Notes under the pieces: generated by a model
Told to the model about the DNA's origin: nothing
Databases searched by the model: none
Seen by the model: only the letters and a program-made list of their open reading frames with translations
Shown: positions 50,493 through 60,910 of the stretch, one piece after another
Layout of the letters: each line of letters begins with the position of its first letter
Numbering within the stretch: the first letter of the stretch is position 1
Position numbers and translations under genes: made by a program
Assembly: GCA_937864035.1 (NCBI GenBank)
Contig: CALMIO010000002.1
Coordinates: 243,877 to 307,876 of the forward strand
From: an uncultured Pseudomonadota bacterium
Lineage (GTDB): Bacteria; Bdellovibrionota_C; UBA2361; CALMIO01
DNA length: 64,000 nucleotides
Direction: 5' to 3'

Positions 50493-51971
50493 CTAGCCGT
50501 TATTCTCGTTTTTATTGACTCTATCTGCGGCCATGTAAACCATCTGGTGTTCAGCTCGCAAAGAATTTACTATTGCCGCTAAAGTTTGTTTGGGAATGCT
50601 AACTTCTTTTGGCGGCTCATAGCTGAACTTTGTTTTTAAAGGATCAACGTACTTATCTTTATCATAAATGCTAAAGTGAAGATGTGGACCGGTCGCTAAC
50701 CCGGTTTGGCCAACATAACCCAAGACCGAACCTTTATTGATAGAGCTATTTTTTTTAACAGTAGTTGCAATTTTTGATAGGTGCAGATAAGCGGAGCTAT
50801 ATCTTTCGTTGTGTTTAATCTTTACCGTGTAGCCCCCTTCCTTAGTAAAGCCAGCAAATTCAACCTTACCAGCTCCAACTGCCCTAACCGGAGTGCCACT
50901 AGGGGCCGCGAAATCAACCCCATTGTGCGCTCTAAACTTATGGAGAATCGGATGAAAACGGGCGTTTGTAAAGACTGAGGATATTCTAGTAAATTGAACG
51001 GGATACCTCAGAAAAAAATCCCCTAAAAGTTCGCCACGCTCATTGTAGTAATAACCTCGGTTTTTAATACCCTCTTTTAAGGAGGAGTCTTTGTTGTCCC
51101 TTTCTGCTCTTATGGCGGCGTAAAAATTACCTTTACTTTCAATTGCCGCCGCCAAGATTGGTCCAATTGAAATCAATTTTCCATCAACACTTCGCTTTTC
51201 ATTAAATATTAGGGTAAACGCGTCTCCCTCTTGAAGATCTTTGTTAAACTCAACTCGGTCGCTTAATAAATCAACAAAATCATCAACTAGAGAGAAAGGC
51301 ACGTCCATGTTTGATAAAGCGGCCGCAAAAGAAGATGTAATTGTTCCTTGAACTTTTCTGCGGAAATCTCCGCAGGGTTGATGTTCAATGATCGAGGTAA
51401 AGTCTCCCGGAACAAGTCGGGTGATTTTTAAAACTCTTCCCCCAGAAAGTTCTTTTATGATCTCATCGAGAAAACCTTCCTTTGAAAAAATATATTTTAT
51501 CTCCTCTCCATTAACTAATCTGAGCTGTTCTTTGGGCAATGCTAATAAGTGTTTAAGTAAACTTTTCCGTTCTTCTGCTATGGTGGTAATCTTTTCTATA
51601 ATTGAGGAGAATGTGTCGTTAGGAAGAACCTTGTAAAACTTGTAATTTGAGCTATTTTCAAGCTGTTTAATATTGTTTGAATAGTTATCGATTGGTGAAA
51701 ACAGAAGAGGCTCCTGGTATTTTCGATTAAGATCGCTATTTGTGTTATAATACTCTCTAACACGAGCCCTATTTCTTCTTATGTTAAGCTTGCTACTAAT
51801 ACTGCTTTTAGAACCACCGACCCTGAGATCGTTTATGCCAAGATTAACCTGTTCATTTTGGTTGTTAGTATAGTATAAGAACGTTCCAGCAAATAGAAAA
51901 ACTAAACCAACTAGAGAAAACCAAAAACGAGGCGAGAAGCCAACAACAATTTCGGAGCTTTTTTCTAACAT
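50493..51971 (-). CDS. M23 family metallopeptidase with N-terminal TM anchor
   Basis: HNGVDFAAPSGTPVRAVGAGKV and GYVGQTGLATGPHLHFSIY (LytM/M23 HxxxD and HxH motifs). Confidence 0.8.
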   Translation of the reverse strand: MLEKSSEIVVGFSPRFWFSLVGLVFLFAGTFLYYTNNQNEQVNLGINDLRVGGSKSSISSKLNIRRNRARVREYYNTNSDLNRKYQEPLLFSPIDNYSNNIKQLENSSNYKFYKVLPNDTFSSIIEKITTIAEERKSLLKHLLALPKEQLRLVNGEEIKYIFSKEGFLDEIIKELSGGRVLKITRLVPGDFTSIIEHQPCGDFRRKVQGTITSSFAAALSNMDVPFSLVDDFVDLLSDRVEFNKDLQEGDAFTLIFNEKRSVDGKLISIGPILAAAIESKGNFYAAIRAERDNKDSSLKEGIKNRGYYYNERGELLGDFFLRYPVQFTRISSVFTNARFHPILHKFRAHNGVDFAAPSGTPVRAVGAGKVEFAGFTKEGGYTVKIKHNERYSSAYLHLSKIATTVKKNSSINKGSVLGYVGQTGLATGPHLHFSIYDKDKYVDPLKTKFSYEPPKEVSIPKQTLAAIVNSLRAEHQMVYMAADRVNKNENNG

Positions 51972-52025
51972 CTTTTTATTTTAGAGTTACAGAAATTGAA
52001 TGCGCAAGTTCAAAAAGAGCACCTA

Positions 52026-52442
52026 ATGGCGGTCGGGCTTGATATTGGACAAACCAGAACGGGAGTCGCTAAGGCTTTTTTGGCCGAAAACAAAATCATA
52101 ATTAAACCATTGAAAATACTCAAAAATCCTAAAAGTAACGATCTTTTGTCTGAACTGCGAAAGTTTAACTTTGCCGAGCTTGTGATAGGCCTTCCTCTTG
52201 ATGGTTATGGCAATGAGACTGAGCAATCGGTAAAAATTCGCAACATTGCTCGTCGTCTTCAGCAAAGATTGCCGGCAAACTCTTCGGTTATTTTACATGA
52301 CGAGTATTGTTCGAGCGAAACAGCTCGTGAAAGGCTTGATAGCCTTTGTATGAAAAGAGATTATTTAGATGATGTTGCCGCGGCCGTTATTTTAGAAGAT
52401 TATTTTAAATTGTTAGGCAAAAAAACACTATTTGTTTTGTGA
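52026..52442 (+). CDS. ruvX: Putative pre-16S rRNA nuclease / Holliday junction resolvase-like YqgF (start trimmed to ATG 52026; ORF opens at 51996)
   Basis: MAVGLDIGQTRTGVAKA matches the YqgF N-terminal signature. Followed by mltG as in many bacteria. Confidence 0.78.
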   Translation: MAVGLDIGQTRTGVAKAFLAENKIIIKPLKILKNPKSNDLLSELRKFNFAELVIGLPLDGYGNETEQSVKIRNIARRLQQRLPANSSVILHDEYCSSETARERLDSLCMKRDYLDDVAAAVILEDYFKLLGKKTLFVL

Positions 52443-53452
52443 AAAGAATTTTTAAAACCGCTATAATTTTTTTGGTGCCAATTTTTGCTTCTTTTGTTGC
52501 CTTTGTGGCGATGAAATTTGCTTTTATTGAACCGATAAATCCTTATGACTCCGAGGAGGTTCTTTTTGAGGTTGCTCCGGGAATGACTCTTAAAGAGATC
52601 TCAAAACGATTAGAGAGAGAATCTTTTATTCGTTTTTGGTGGAGCGTCTGCATTTTGGCGAAGATCAAAAAAGTTGATAAGCAGATCAGAGCCGGAGAAT
52701 ATCAGCTTAGAAGATCTTTTGGACCTCCAGAGATTTTGGCGTTGATAATTTCTGGCAGGCTATACGAGCGAAAAATAACCTTTAAAGAGGGGGCATCAAT
52801 CAGGGACTTGCCTCAATTGGTTCAGGATGTCGGGCTTTTGCCCGGAGCGGAGATGGAAGCCGCTCTTAACAATTTAGATATGGTCAGAGAAGCTGGTTTG
52901 CCAGAGAGCGCCAAGTCTTTTGAAGGTTATCTTTATCCGGAAACCTATTCTTTTTCTAGGCCTACAACCGCTAAACAGGTAATTTGGACAATGCTAAAGG
53001 AGGGCGAAAGATATTGGAGCCAAGAGTTTACCAAACAGGCGGCTCTGTTAAAAATGACCCGCTATGAGATTATGACATTAGCTTCAATTATAGAAAAAGA
53101 ATCAGGCGTCAAGCTTGAAGAACAGCCGTATATCTCAGCAGTTTTTCACAATCGTTTAAAGCAGGGAATGAAACTTCAAGCCGATCCAACCGTTATTTAT
53201 GGAATAGTAGATTTTGATGGTAATCTTACCAGAGCCGATCTTGAGCGCGATACGCCGTATAATACCTACACTAGATTTGGATTACCTCCCGGACCAATTT
53301 GTAATCCAAGTTTGTCCGCGATTAAGGCGGCCCTTTATCCTGCCAAAACCTCGGCGCTTTATTTCGTGGCGGATGGTTCTGGCGGGCATGTTTTTTCCTC
53401 GACGCTGGATGAACATAATGCCGCCGTTAGCAAATATATTTTAAGGCGATGA
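52439..53452 (+). CDS. mltG: Endolytic murein transglycosylase MltG (YceG-like)
   Basis: N-terminal TM, YceG motifs including YLYPETYSF. 4-nt overlap with ruvX. Confidence 0.82.
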   Translation: MKRIFKTAIIFLVPIFASFVAFVAMKFAFIEPINPYDSEEVLFEVAPGMTLKEISKRLERESFIRFWWSVCILAKIKKVDKQIRAGEYQLRRSFGPPEILALIISGRLYERKITFKEGASIRDLPQLVQDVGLLPGAEMEAALNNLDMVREAGLPESAKSFEGYLYPETYSFSRPTTAKQVIWTMLKEGERYWSQEFTKQAALLKMTRYEIMTLASIIEKESGVKLEEQPYISAVFHNRLKQGMKLQADPTVIYGIVDFDGNLTRADLERDTPYNTYTRFGLPPGPICNPSLSAIKAALYPAKTSALYFVADGSGGHVFSSTLDEHNAAVSKYILRR

Positions 53453-55437
53453 GCCTAGAAAAACAAAAAATTTTTACCGAAGCTTCCTTTCGACTCAAAA
53501 GAAAAGAGATCTTTGAGCTTAGCGGCCGCTATTTACCTATGGTTGCCGGAATTCTTTTGCTGGGAGCGACGTTCGATTTTTTCGGTTATCAGGTCCCATA
53601 TTTTTTATTGTTGCTTGCCGTGGTGGTGCCGCTAGCGATTTTGATAATTTATAAGGTAAAAAAAATCGGAAACAAAGAGGTTTCCCGTGAACTTGACGAC
53701 CGTCTTTTGGCAAAAGAGAGATTTGTATCTCTCTTGGAGCTTGCCGAAAAAGGAGTTGGCGAGTTTGATCAGGTCCGCTCACAGCTTATTGCCAATCAAA
53801 TTTCCGGTCTTGTTAACGAAATTGATTATAAGAGTTTAAAATTTGAGATATCTGATAATGCGCGCAAAGGGTTTTATTTTGGGGGAATTTTATCGGTGAT
53901 TTTTTTCTTTTGCTTGTTTTTTGCTTCGATTGATTCCTCATTAATCAGAGAGATAGAAAAATTAGCGAAACAAAATTTAGAACTTTTGCCGGAAGAAATT
54001 AAAGATCAAATTGAAGATTTAAAAAAAGAGATCAAGTTAGAAAATTTTCCGAGCGCCGCTGTTAAAGCTGGCGAATTGAGTAAAAAAATTAGCGCCATAG
54101 ATCAAAAACAACAAAATTTAAAAAAAGAAGATCCCACCATAGATGGCAAACAGATTGATGGAGGAGATTATAAAAGTGGACAGAGATCACCTTTGCCGCT
54201 GGCTACGACCACACCTACGATTACCCCAACCATTGAGTCCGAAAATTTACCCAAGGAATATGATTTACAAAACAGCGAAAGCGCTAAAAATGATCAAAAT
54301 GATTCGAATAATAAGAGAGATACCAGCTCGGGGCAATCGACTGGAGAGCAAGACTCCCTTAAGCAGGAGAATAAAAAATCAGACGCTTCCAAATCAAAAA
54401 AAGGGGTTGATCAAAATGGAGAAAAAAATGAAGAGCGGGCTAACGGTGGCTCTAAGAGCGGGAACAATTTAGAAGGCGATCGGGAGGAGCAAAAAAATCA
54501 ATCACAAGAGAGCGGTGGTGGAGAAAAATCACAAAATCAATCAGAACAAAGCAAAAATGCTGAGAGCAGTAGCAAACAAACCGAGCAAAAACTAGAGCAG
54601 AGTGGTCAAAAGGGGCAAGCCAATAAAGATAAAACCCAACAAAAAGGGGGAAAAAATGGTGGTTCTTTACAGGATCTGGCAAACAAGCTGGAACAACTTA
54701 AAGAACAACTTGCGAGGCAACAAGCTTCTTCCTCTCAGAATACTAAAGATTCAGAAAAAAATCAAGAAAAATCGGATCAAGATGGTCGGGGTGGCGCAAA
54801 TGGAAGCGGTCAAGATCAACAGAGCAATAAAGATAATTTAGACGAAAATAAATCTCAAAATGGAGCGGGTGCAAACGACAATCGACCCGGGAAAGATCAA
54901 AATAAACAAGGCAGAGGAACGTCTGAGAAAAAAAATGAACCTACCAATAAAGATAATAACCTGAAAAATTCTGGCGATGGCGAGGATGATCATAAAAAGC
55001 AAGAGAAAAACGGAAAACAGGATAAAACAACTTCTCAGAAAAACAGCCCTGCAAAAGGAGACAGACCAGAAGAGCATGGAGGCACTAAGGGCGAAACCGA
55101 CTCAACCGAAGATAGCGATCTCTCAAAAGAGCGGGATAAGGCCGAAAGGAGTTCTATTGGCAAAGCGGATGAAAAAGTAAAACGCTTTGACGAATTTGGC
55201 GAGCCGTTTGGCGGATTATCAGGGGAGAAAAAATATCGAGACGTTGTGATTGAAGATTCAGGTGAACCAATTGATCCGACCGCCGAGTTGTCGGATACTG
55301 GCAGGGAAGTCGAAGCTGGCGAGCTTAAAGAAGAAGGGAAGAAACCAATTGTTAATAGAGAGCTGAGCAAGCCAGTGCCTTTTGATTTTAAAAGAGAGAT
55401 AAAAATACCTCTTGAATATCGAGACGTTATAAAATAA
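53449..55437 (+). CDS. Membrane-anchored protein with about 400-aa low-complexity polar/charged (Q/K/N/S/G/E/D-rich) region
   Basis: Two N-terminal TM segments (PMVAGILLLGATFDFF..., LLLLAVVVPLAILIIY) plus a third (ILSVIFFFCLFFASI), then a long, compositionally biased, probably disordered tail. 4-nt overlap with mltG. Confidence 0.5.
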   Translation: MSLEKQKIFTEASFRLKRKEIFELSGRYLPMVAGILLLGATFDFFGYQVPYFLLLLAVVVPLAILIIYKVKKIGNKEVSRELDDRLLAKERFVSLLELAEKGVGEFDQVRSQLIANQISGLVNEIDYKSLKFEISDNARKGFYFGGILSVIFFFCLFFASIDSSLIREIEKLAKQNLELLPEEIKDQIEDLKKEIKLENFPSAAVKAGELSKKISAIDQKQQNLKKEDPTIDGKQIDGGDYKSGQRSPLPLATTTPTITPTIESENLPKEYDLQNSESAKNDQNDSNNKRDTSSGQSTGEQDSLKQENKKSDASKSKKGVDQNGEKNEERANGGSKSGNNLEGDREEQKNQSQESGGGEKSQNQSEQSKNAESSSKQTEQKLEQSGQKGQANKDKTQQKGGKNGGSLQDLANKLEQLKEQLARQQASSSQNTKDSEKNQEKSDQDGRGGANGSGQDQQSNKDNLDENKSQNGAGANDNRPGKDQNKQGRGTSEKKNEPTNKDNNLKNSGDGEDDHKKQEKNGKQDKTTSQKNSPAKGDRPEEHGGTKGETDSTEDSDLSKERDKAERSSIGKADEKVKRFDEFGEPFGGLSGEKKYRDVVIEDSGEPIDPTAELSDTGREVEAGELKEEGKKPIVNRELSKPVPFDFKREIKIPLEYRDVIK

Positions 55438-55448
55438 AAAATGGTGGC

Positions 55449-56069
55449 ATGAACAATATAGTAGGAGTTGAAATTAAAGAGCTAAAAACACACCGTGACG
55501 AAAGAGGCTTTTTCAGGGAACTTATTCGTTTTAATGATCCGTTTTTTTCTCTGTCGAATGGTAAAACCTTGGTTAAGGGGGAGGATTCAATAAATCCATT
55601 TGCTCAATGGAGCCATAGCAAGATGATTAAAGACGTCGTTAAAGCGTGGCATTACCATCACAAGCAGATCGATTGGTGGTATATATCTGGTGGAGTGGTT
55701 TTGGCGGTTTTAGTTGATTGGCGCGAAGAAAGCCCGACTTACAAAAAACGCATTGAACTTTTGATGGGCTGTGGGGATAGTAAGTTTTTAGCGCCACCTT
55801 CTCTTGGCACAGAGATAAAAAACATTGAAAGCCAAATTGTTCGCGAAATATGCGTTAAAATTCCGCCGGGAGTGCTTCATGGCTTGCGCGTTCTGAGCGA
55901 TTCCGCCGAAATTATGTATATTACCAGCGAAATTTATGACCCTAGCGAAGAGGGGCGACTGCCTTTTGATTCCCCAGAGGTTGGCTTTGACTGGGGCGAG
56001 GGCGCTCTGGTGGTTGATAATGACAAGCGGTTTTTTTTGCCAAAGTCTGAAAGAAGGTTGCTTTACTAA
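55449..56069 (+). CDS. rmlC: dTDP-4-dehydrorhamnose 3,5-epimerase-like cupin
   Basis: THRDERGFFRELI matches the RmlC His-Asp-Arg-Gly motif, followed by WHYH. 206 aa. Confidence 0.75.
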   Translation: MNNIVGVEIKELKTHRDERGFFRELIRFNDPFFSLSNGKTLVKGEDSINPFAQWSHSKMIKDVVKAWHYHHKQIDWWYISGGVVLAVLVDWREESPTYKKRIELLMGCGDSKFLAPPSLGTEIKNIESQIVREICVKIPPGVLHGLRVLSDSAEIMYITSEIYDPSEEGRLPFDSPEVGFDWGEGALVVDNDKRFFLPKSERRLLY

Positions 56070-56112
56070 ATAAAAATTTACAGCTCGCCTAAAATAAATT
56101 TTTCCTGAATTG

Positions 56113-57735
56113 TCACCCCTTTTCAACGAATAAGGTTATTAGATTGTCCTGATATTTCGCTTGAAGCCAAGGAATTTGCCCGGCAAGCTCAAGTCGCTTT
56201 TCATCTACCGAACTTACTATTAAACCCTCAATCGCGAGCGCTTTGTAATCTTTGAAAATTGCTCCTTCCAAAAAGGAAATTTTTCCATCAAGGTATTTGA
56301 TAAATTTGTTTTTTCTGTAGAAAGCGAGAGCTGCTTTGGGTTTTCTTGAAATATTTCCGTGAACAATCGGTGTTTCGTGAACAGTTTGGTTAAGCAGAGC
56401 TAAATCTTGGGAACTAGAGATGTCGTACAGAGCGTCAAGCTTAAGCTCCTTGATGTTATTTAAAAGGGGCGATATCGGCAGTTGCATCGTTGGCGATTTT
56501 TGAGGGAAAAACTCTATCAAGATTAAAAATAACCAGAAAATTAGATAATTTTTTTTTAAAGAAATTTCCCTCGCAAGCCGACAAATCGTTAACATTAAAA
56601 GCAATTCTCCAAAGATTGCCAGTCGAGCCGGCACCGAAGGGAAAAATGGCAAATGTTCAGCGAATAGTTGCCAGATATAGTTGGTGAAAAAAACATTTCC
56701 TGAGAGTTTAATTATTGGACCAAGCGCTAAAATAAAAAACATCAATGAGGAAGAAAATAAATATAACGTCTGAGATGACTTACTGCGCCAAAGCAACGAT
56801 CCGACTAAAATGAGAAGACTAAACCCTATGTATAAACCTCGTTCGGCGGAATTAAGCTCGCTCGCCGAACCAGCGATGGCCTGTCTTGGTTTGCTAAAAA
56901 AATATAATTTTTCTCTTTCAATAAAGTTAATTAAACGGGCAGAGTGGATTTCAGCGGAGTGGTTTTCTTGAAAGTTTCCCGAAAGAGTATCTTTGCTTAC
57001 GTTAATTAAATAGGGCGAAGCAAAGAGCATTGCAAGCACGATAATTAAAGTGAATCTTATACCAAGCGAGTAAAAAATCTTTTTTTCTTTTTGAGCGACA
57101 AAAGGAGCGCTTAAAACAAGAACAAGCGCCGTTAATATTCCGAACAAAGCGATAAAATAAAAATAGTAAAGATTGATTACGGTTAAATATCCAACAAGAG
57201 TTGCCGCTAGCAGGAAAAGAATTTTTTTGCCACTTACACTTAGAGCGGCGGCAATAGCTAGCGGCGCCGGAAAAAATCCCAAGAAATTTAAATGCCCTCC
57301 TTCTAAGTGTCCAAGAAAAAAAGGGTGAAAGCTAAATGCTAGCGACAAGACCAAGCTCAACCAGAAGTTTTTTGAAAAAATATAAAATAGTGCGTAAGCT
57401 GAGATTCCGTTGGTGACAAAGCAGAAAATAATGACCAAGTTAAAAATATCGGCGATAGTAAAATCTTTAAGAAGTATGGCGGCGGGCAGAAGCAAACCTT
57501 CGGTTAGAGTGTGCAAATAAAGCCTACTGCCAAAAGGCCAAAAAATGTAATCGGAATAATGTATGGAGTTTCCAAATTCAGCTACCCTTTCTTTTAGCCA
57601 CCAGATGTTCCAAAGAAACTGAAAGGCATCTGGATAAGTGGCAAGAATGTTATTACTCGAGGGATATTTTTGAAGAGCGCAAAAATAAAAAAGGGTCGAT
57701 CCAAAAATTAAGAGTAGCGCAAAAATCCCTTTCAT
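56113..57735 (-). CDS. Large polytopic membrane protein (540 aa), paralog of 23082-25175, putative GT-C-like glycosyltransferase
   Basis: More than 12 TM segments. N-terminal loop aligns with that of the 697-aa protein. Confidence 0.5.
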   Translation of the reverse strand: MKGIFALLLIFGSTLFYFCALQKYPSSNNILATYPDAFQFLWNIWWLKERVAEFGNSIHYSDYIFWPFGSRLYLHTLTEGLLLPAAILLKDFTIADIFNLVIIFCFVTNGISAYALFYIFSKNFWLSLVLSLAFSFHPFFLGHLEGGHLNFLGFFPAPLAIAAALSVSGKKILFLLAATLVGYLTVINLYYFYFIALFGILTALVLVLSAPFVAQKEKKIFYSLGIRFTLIIVLAMLFASPYLINVSKDTLSGNFQENHSAEIHSARLINFIEREKLYFFSKPRQAIAGSASELNSAERGLYIGFSLLILVGSLLWRSKSSQTLYLFSSSLMFFILALGPIIKLSGNVFFTNYIWQLFAEHLPFFPSVPARLAIFGELLLMLTICRLAREISLKKNYLIFWLFLILIEFFPQKSPTMQLPISPLLNNIKELKLDALYDISSSQDLALLNQTVHETPIVHGNISRKPKAALAFYRKNKFIKYLDGKISFLEGAIFKDYKALAIEGLIVSSVDEKRLELAGQIPWLQAKYQDNLITLFVEKG

Positions 57736-57919
57736 GTTTGTTTAAAGTAAAAGTAGTTTTTGAATAGAATTAAATTACCCGATAATATTTATATAACTTA
57801 GTTTGCGTTTTGCCTTATCAACAAGGTAAATTCTGAGGCTTAGAAAAGAACTTAATAATATTGGCATCTTAATATAAGTCTTTTAAATTTTGCTGTAGAA
57901 AGGCTAACTATTTTTACAT

Positions 57920-58960
57920 ATGGACGTTTTTAAAAGATTCTTATTGCTGGTAAGTTGTTTTGTGATCTGCCACATAGAAAAAGGACTTGCTCAGCCGGCT
58001 CGATGTGTTAAGGGAGTTAATACAGTTAGTGGATTAAAATCAATCGACATTGACGATCTCAAAACGCGCTTAGGAGCGAAAACAATTCGTTATTGCATAG
58101 AAATTGGAGGTGGTGTCGATCAAATGAGCGAAGCTCAATATCTCTTGGCGTTTAATCAGATGGTCGATCAATTTGAAAGCGAATTATTACCCGGTTTAGT
58201 GGCAAATGGCATTAAAGCTATACTTTGTCTCGGCTCTCCTCCCGGAGGATTCGTTGATCGCTCCTCAAGGCTTCCACAGCACCGAATTTTTTCCGCTCCT
58301 TGGGCGCAAAATACTTTAAAATCAATATGGGAGATGCTTGCGGTGCGCTTTAAGGATCATCCGAATATTGTTGCTTTTCAACTTGTGAGCGAGCCAGCAG
58401 TCGGCTCTTTCATTCCGGTTGGCTTACAAGGGTGGTACGATCTGCAAGCAGAGTTGGTTAATATCGTCAGATCGCGCGTGGCAAACAAACCAATAATAGT
58501 TACCTCTGAATATTCACAGGCTACCCGTCTTTCTCGGATAAAGTTGCCCGCTGATTCTGGTCAAATTTGGTACGCAGTTCATTTTTACAACCCGTATAAA
58601 TTTTTAAAACAAGGAATAGAATCTCGCCCTTATAAGATCGCTTATCCATCAAGCTCTGCTAATTTAAATATGGTGCTAAAGTCGATCAGCAGGATAACCG
58701 CTTTTGCTAGAAAAAAACGGGCGCAGATAGTGATTACCGAATTTTCGACTACACGCTTTGCTCCGAAAAATAGTGGGCTTAACTACCTGCAAGACGTGCT
58801 GGCTCTTTTTAAAAAAAATAAATTTGGTTGGATTTATCATGCTTGGCGTGAGTCGGATTATTGGAGCTTAGAACTGCCAGCCCGCGAAGATAAGCCAAAT
58901 GCTTCCTTTACCAAGCGCGCCACGACTATTAAAAAATATCTGCGCGGGTCAGGTTGCTGA
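57920..58960 (+). CDS. Secreted GH5-like (clan GH-A TIM-barrel) glycoside hydrolase with Ser replacing Asn in the NEP acid/base motif
   Basis: Signal peptide, strand-4 FQLVSEPAV (NEP is SEP here), HFYNPY (HxY), nucleophile block IVITEFST, and a conserved Trp after strand 8 (YHAW). Confidence 0.55.
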   Translation: MDVFKRFLLLVSCFVICHIEKGLAQPARCVKGVNTVSGLKSIDIDDLKTRLGAKTIRYCIEIGGGVDQMSEAQYLLAFNQMVDQFESELLPGLVANGIKAILCLGSPPGGFVDRSSRLPQHRIFSAPWAQNTLKSIWEMLAVRFKDHPNIVAFQLVSEPAVGSFIPVGLQGWYDLQAELVNIVRSRVANKPIIVTSEYSQATRLSRIKLPADSGQIWYAVHFYNPYKFLKQGIESRPYKIAYPSSSANLNMVLKSISRITAFARKKRAQIVITEFSTTRFAPKNSGLNYLQDVLALFKKNKFGWIYHAWRESDYWSLELPAREDKPNASFTKRATTIKKYLRGSGC

Positions 58961-59122
58961 GTAGTAATCAAACTGTCAATAATGCTCTAAAAACCCTAAC
59001 AAAAGTTGTTTTTAGTTCCCATACAAAAAACTTACTTCAAATATAATTTGAGATAAGCTTTTTAATGATTTAAGATAAAGCAAAAAGCTTTTTACTTTTA
59101 TAGTTAAATTCTTCCAAAAAAG

Positions 59123-60019
59123 GTGAATTTCGAGATTTTTCCTCAGCTCATCCTTAACTCGTTGATAGCGGGGAGCATTTATGCGGTTGGAGCCGCTGGT
59201 CTTGCTGTAATTTACAGCTTATTTGGTTTTTTTAATTTCGCTCATGGCCAAGCAATGATGCTGGGAGCGTATTTCTTTTATCTATACAATGTTTTAATCG
59301 GAGCGGATATTTTAGCAACCATAGTGTTATTTTTATTTTCAATAATAGTTTTTTCTCTGATTATTTTAAAAATTTTTATTTTGCCATTTAAAAAGTTTCA
59401 TCCAATACTAACTTTGATTTCGACTCTTTGTTTGGGAGTCATTATAGAATCGCTGGTTTCGATCTTTTTTGGCGTTAACGTTAAAACCTTTGCTGGGTTC
59501 GAAAATCCCAAGAGCATAGAAGTTTTCTCGTTTTTTATTACTCCGCTCCAAATAAAAATTATATTTTTTAGTTTGATTTTTATTGGCGCATTGGCCTTCT
59601 TTTTTAATAGCTCCTCTTTTGGCAGGTTATTTAAAGCGCTAGCTGAACGAGAAACCGTTGGGGAGTCTCTCGGAATAAATAAAACCAGTTTTTTTTACTT
59701 TGCTTTTGCGACGGCTATTTTGATGGCGGCGATCTCTGGAATTATGCTTGGTTTTGAAACTAATTTACAACCGACAATGGGGCATGCCCATACGCCAAAG
59801 GTTTTTGCCGCTATGTTGCTTGGCGGCGTTGGAAATCTTTGGGGCACTATAGTTGGCAGTTATTTTTTGGCGTTGATTGAAAACATCGTGGCAGGAATTG
59901 ATTTGTATGGCTATTCTTTGTCCGTAAGTTTTAAGGATTCAGTAGCGCTAATTTGTATAATTTTAATTTTACTCTTTAAACCTACTGGTCTTTTTAGAAG
60001 ATGTTCCCGAAATTTATAA
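59123..60019 (+). CDS. Branched-chain amino acid ABC transporter permease (LivH-like)
   Basis: LivH-type N-terminus ILNSLIAGSIYAVGAAGLAVIYSLFGFFNFAHGQ. Confidence 0.8.
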   Translation: MNFEIFPQLILNSLIAGSIYAVGAAGLAVIYSLFGFFNFAHGQAMMLGAYFFYLYNVLIGADILATIVLFLFSIIVFSLIILKIFILPFKKFHPILTLISTLCLGVIIESLVSIFFGVNVKTFAGFENPKSIEVFSFFITPLQIKIIFFSLIFIGALAFFFNSSSFGRLFKALAERETVGESLGINKTSFFYFAFATAILMAAISGIMLGFETNLQPTMGHAHTPKVFAAMLLGGVGNLWGTIVGSYFLALIENIVAGIDLYGYSLSVSFKDSVALICIILILLFKPTGLFRRCSRNL

Positions 60020-60029
60020 GAAAGAATCA

Positions 60030-60899
60030 ATGGAATATTTAACGCATCTTTTGATTATTATTTTAATTTATTCTTTAAGCGCCCAGGGTTTTAATTTGGT
60101 TTTTGGGCTTGGCGGACTATTTAATTTTGCTCATATTGCTTTTGTGGCGATTGGCGCTTACGTGGCTGCTATCTTGTCGACCAATTTCGACGCTCAATGG
60201 TATATCGGTTTGTTTACCGCTATCTTAGTCGCCTGTTTAGTTTCTTTACCTATTTATTTTTTAACATTTAGACTAAATGGGGATCATTTTGTTCTTGGCA
60301 GCTTTGCTCTGAGCTCTCTTATTTCAATGGTTATTGTCAACTGGAGAGAAGTTACCAAAGGTGCTCTTGGAATTGCCGGCATTCCAAGACCAAGAATTTT
60401 TTCAATTGAACTAAACAACAATATACAATTTTTGTTGTTCGTTTTTGTTTTGGTTCTTTTTAGTTTATTTTTTTTATGGTGCTTGTTTCGTTCTCCCTTT
60501 GCCAGAAAGATCCGTTCAGCCAAAAGAGAGATAAGTTATTCTTTGGCGCTTGGAAATAATGTTTTTCTAACTTACGCTTTATTTTTTATTCTTTCAGCTG
60601 TTTTTGCTAGTTTGGCTGGCGCGATATTTGCTTATTATTTGAGTTATATTGATCCTAGTTCCTTTGTTCTGGCAGACATGATCTTTATTTTGACGATTTG
60701 CGCGGTTGGTTCTCCCGGATCTTTTTGGGGATGTCTTGGGGCGACGCTTTTTTTAGTGATCTTGCCTGAGTTTTTAAGATTTATTCCTCTGCCGCCCGGA
60801 GTTCTTGGTCCGCTTAGGCAGATTTTTTTCGCGGGAATTTTGTTTATAATTTTATATTTTCGTCGCGCTAAATTTTTACCCTACGAAAGAATTGTTTAA
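60030..60899 (+). CDS. Branched-chain amino acid ABC transporter permease (LivM-like)
   Basis: Polytopic, LivM-like FNFAHIAFVAIGAYVAA segment, adjacent to the LivH-like and LivG-like genes. Confidence 0.72.
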   Translation: MEYLTHLLIIILIYSLSAQGFNLVFGLGGLFNFAHIAFVAIGAYVAAILSTNFDAQWYIGLFTAILVACLVSLPIYFLTFRLNGDHFVLGSFALSSLISMVIVNWREVTKGALGIAGIPRPRIFSIELNNNIQFLLFVFVLVLFSLFFLWCLFRSPFARKIRSAKREISYSLALGNNVFLTYALFFILSAVFASLAGAIFAYYLSYIDPSSFVLADMIFILTICAVGSPGSFWGCLGATLFLVILPEFLRFIPLPPGVLGPLRQIFFAGILFIILYFRRAKFLPYERIV

Positions 60900-60910
60900 A
60901 ACTTGTCAAA

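Noticed and set aside
54143-55370. Cluster of overlapping ORFs on both strands within 53449-55437
   Set aside because: Produced by the low-complexity, purine-rich coding sequence of the 662-aa protein. Alternative frames of repeats stay open by chance.
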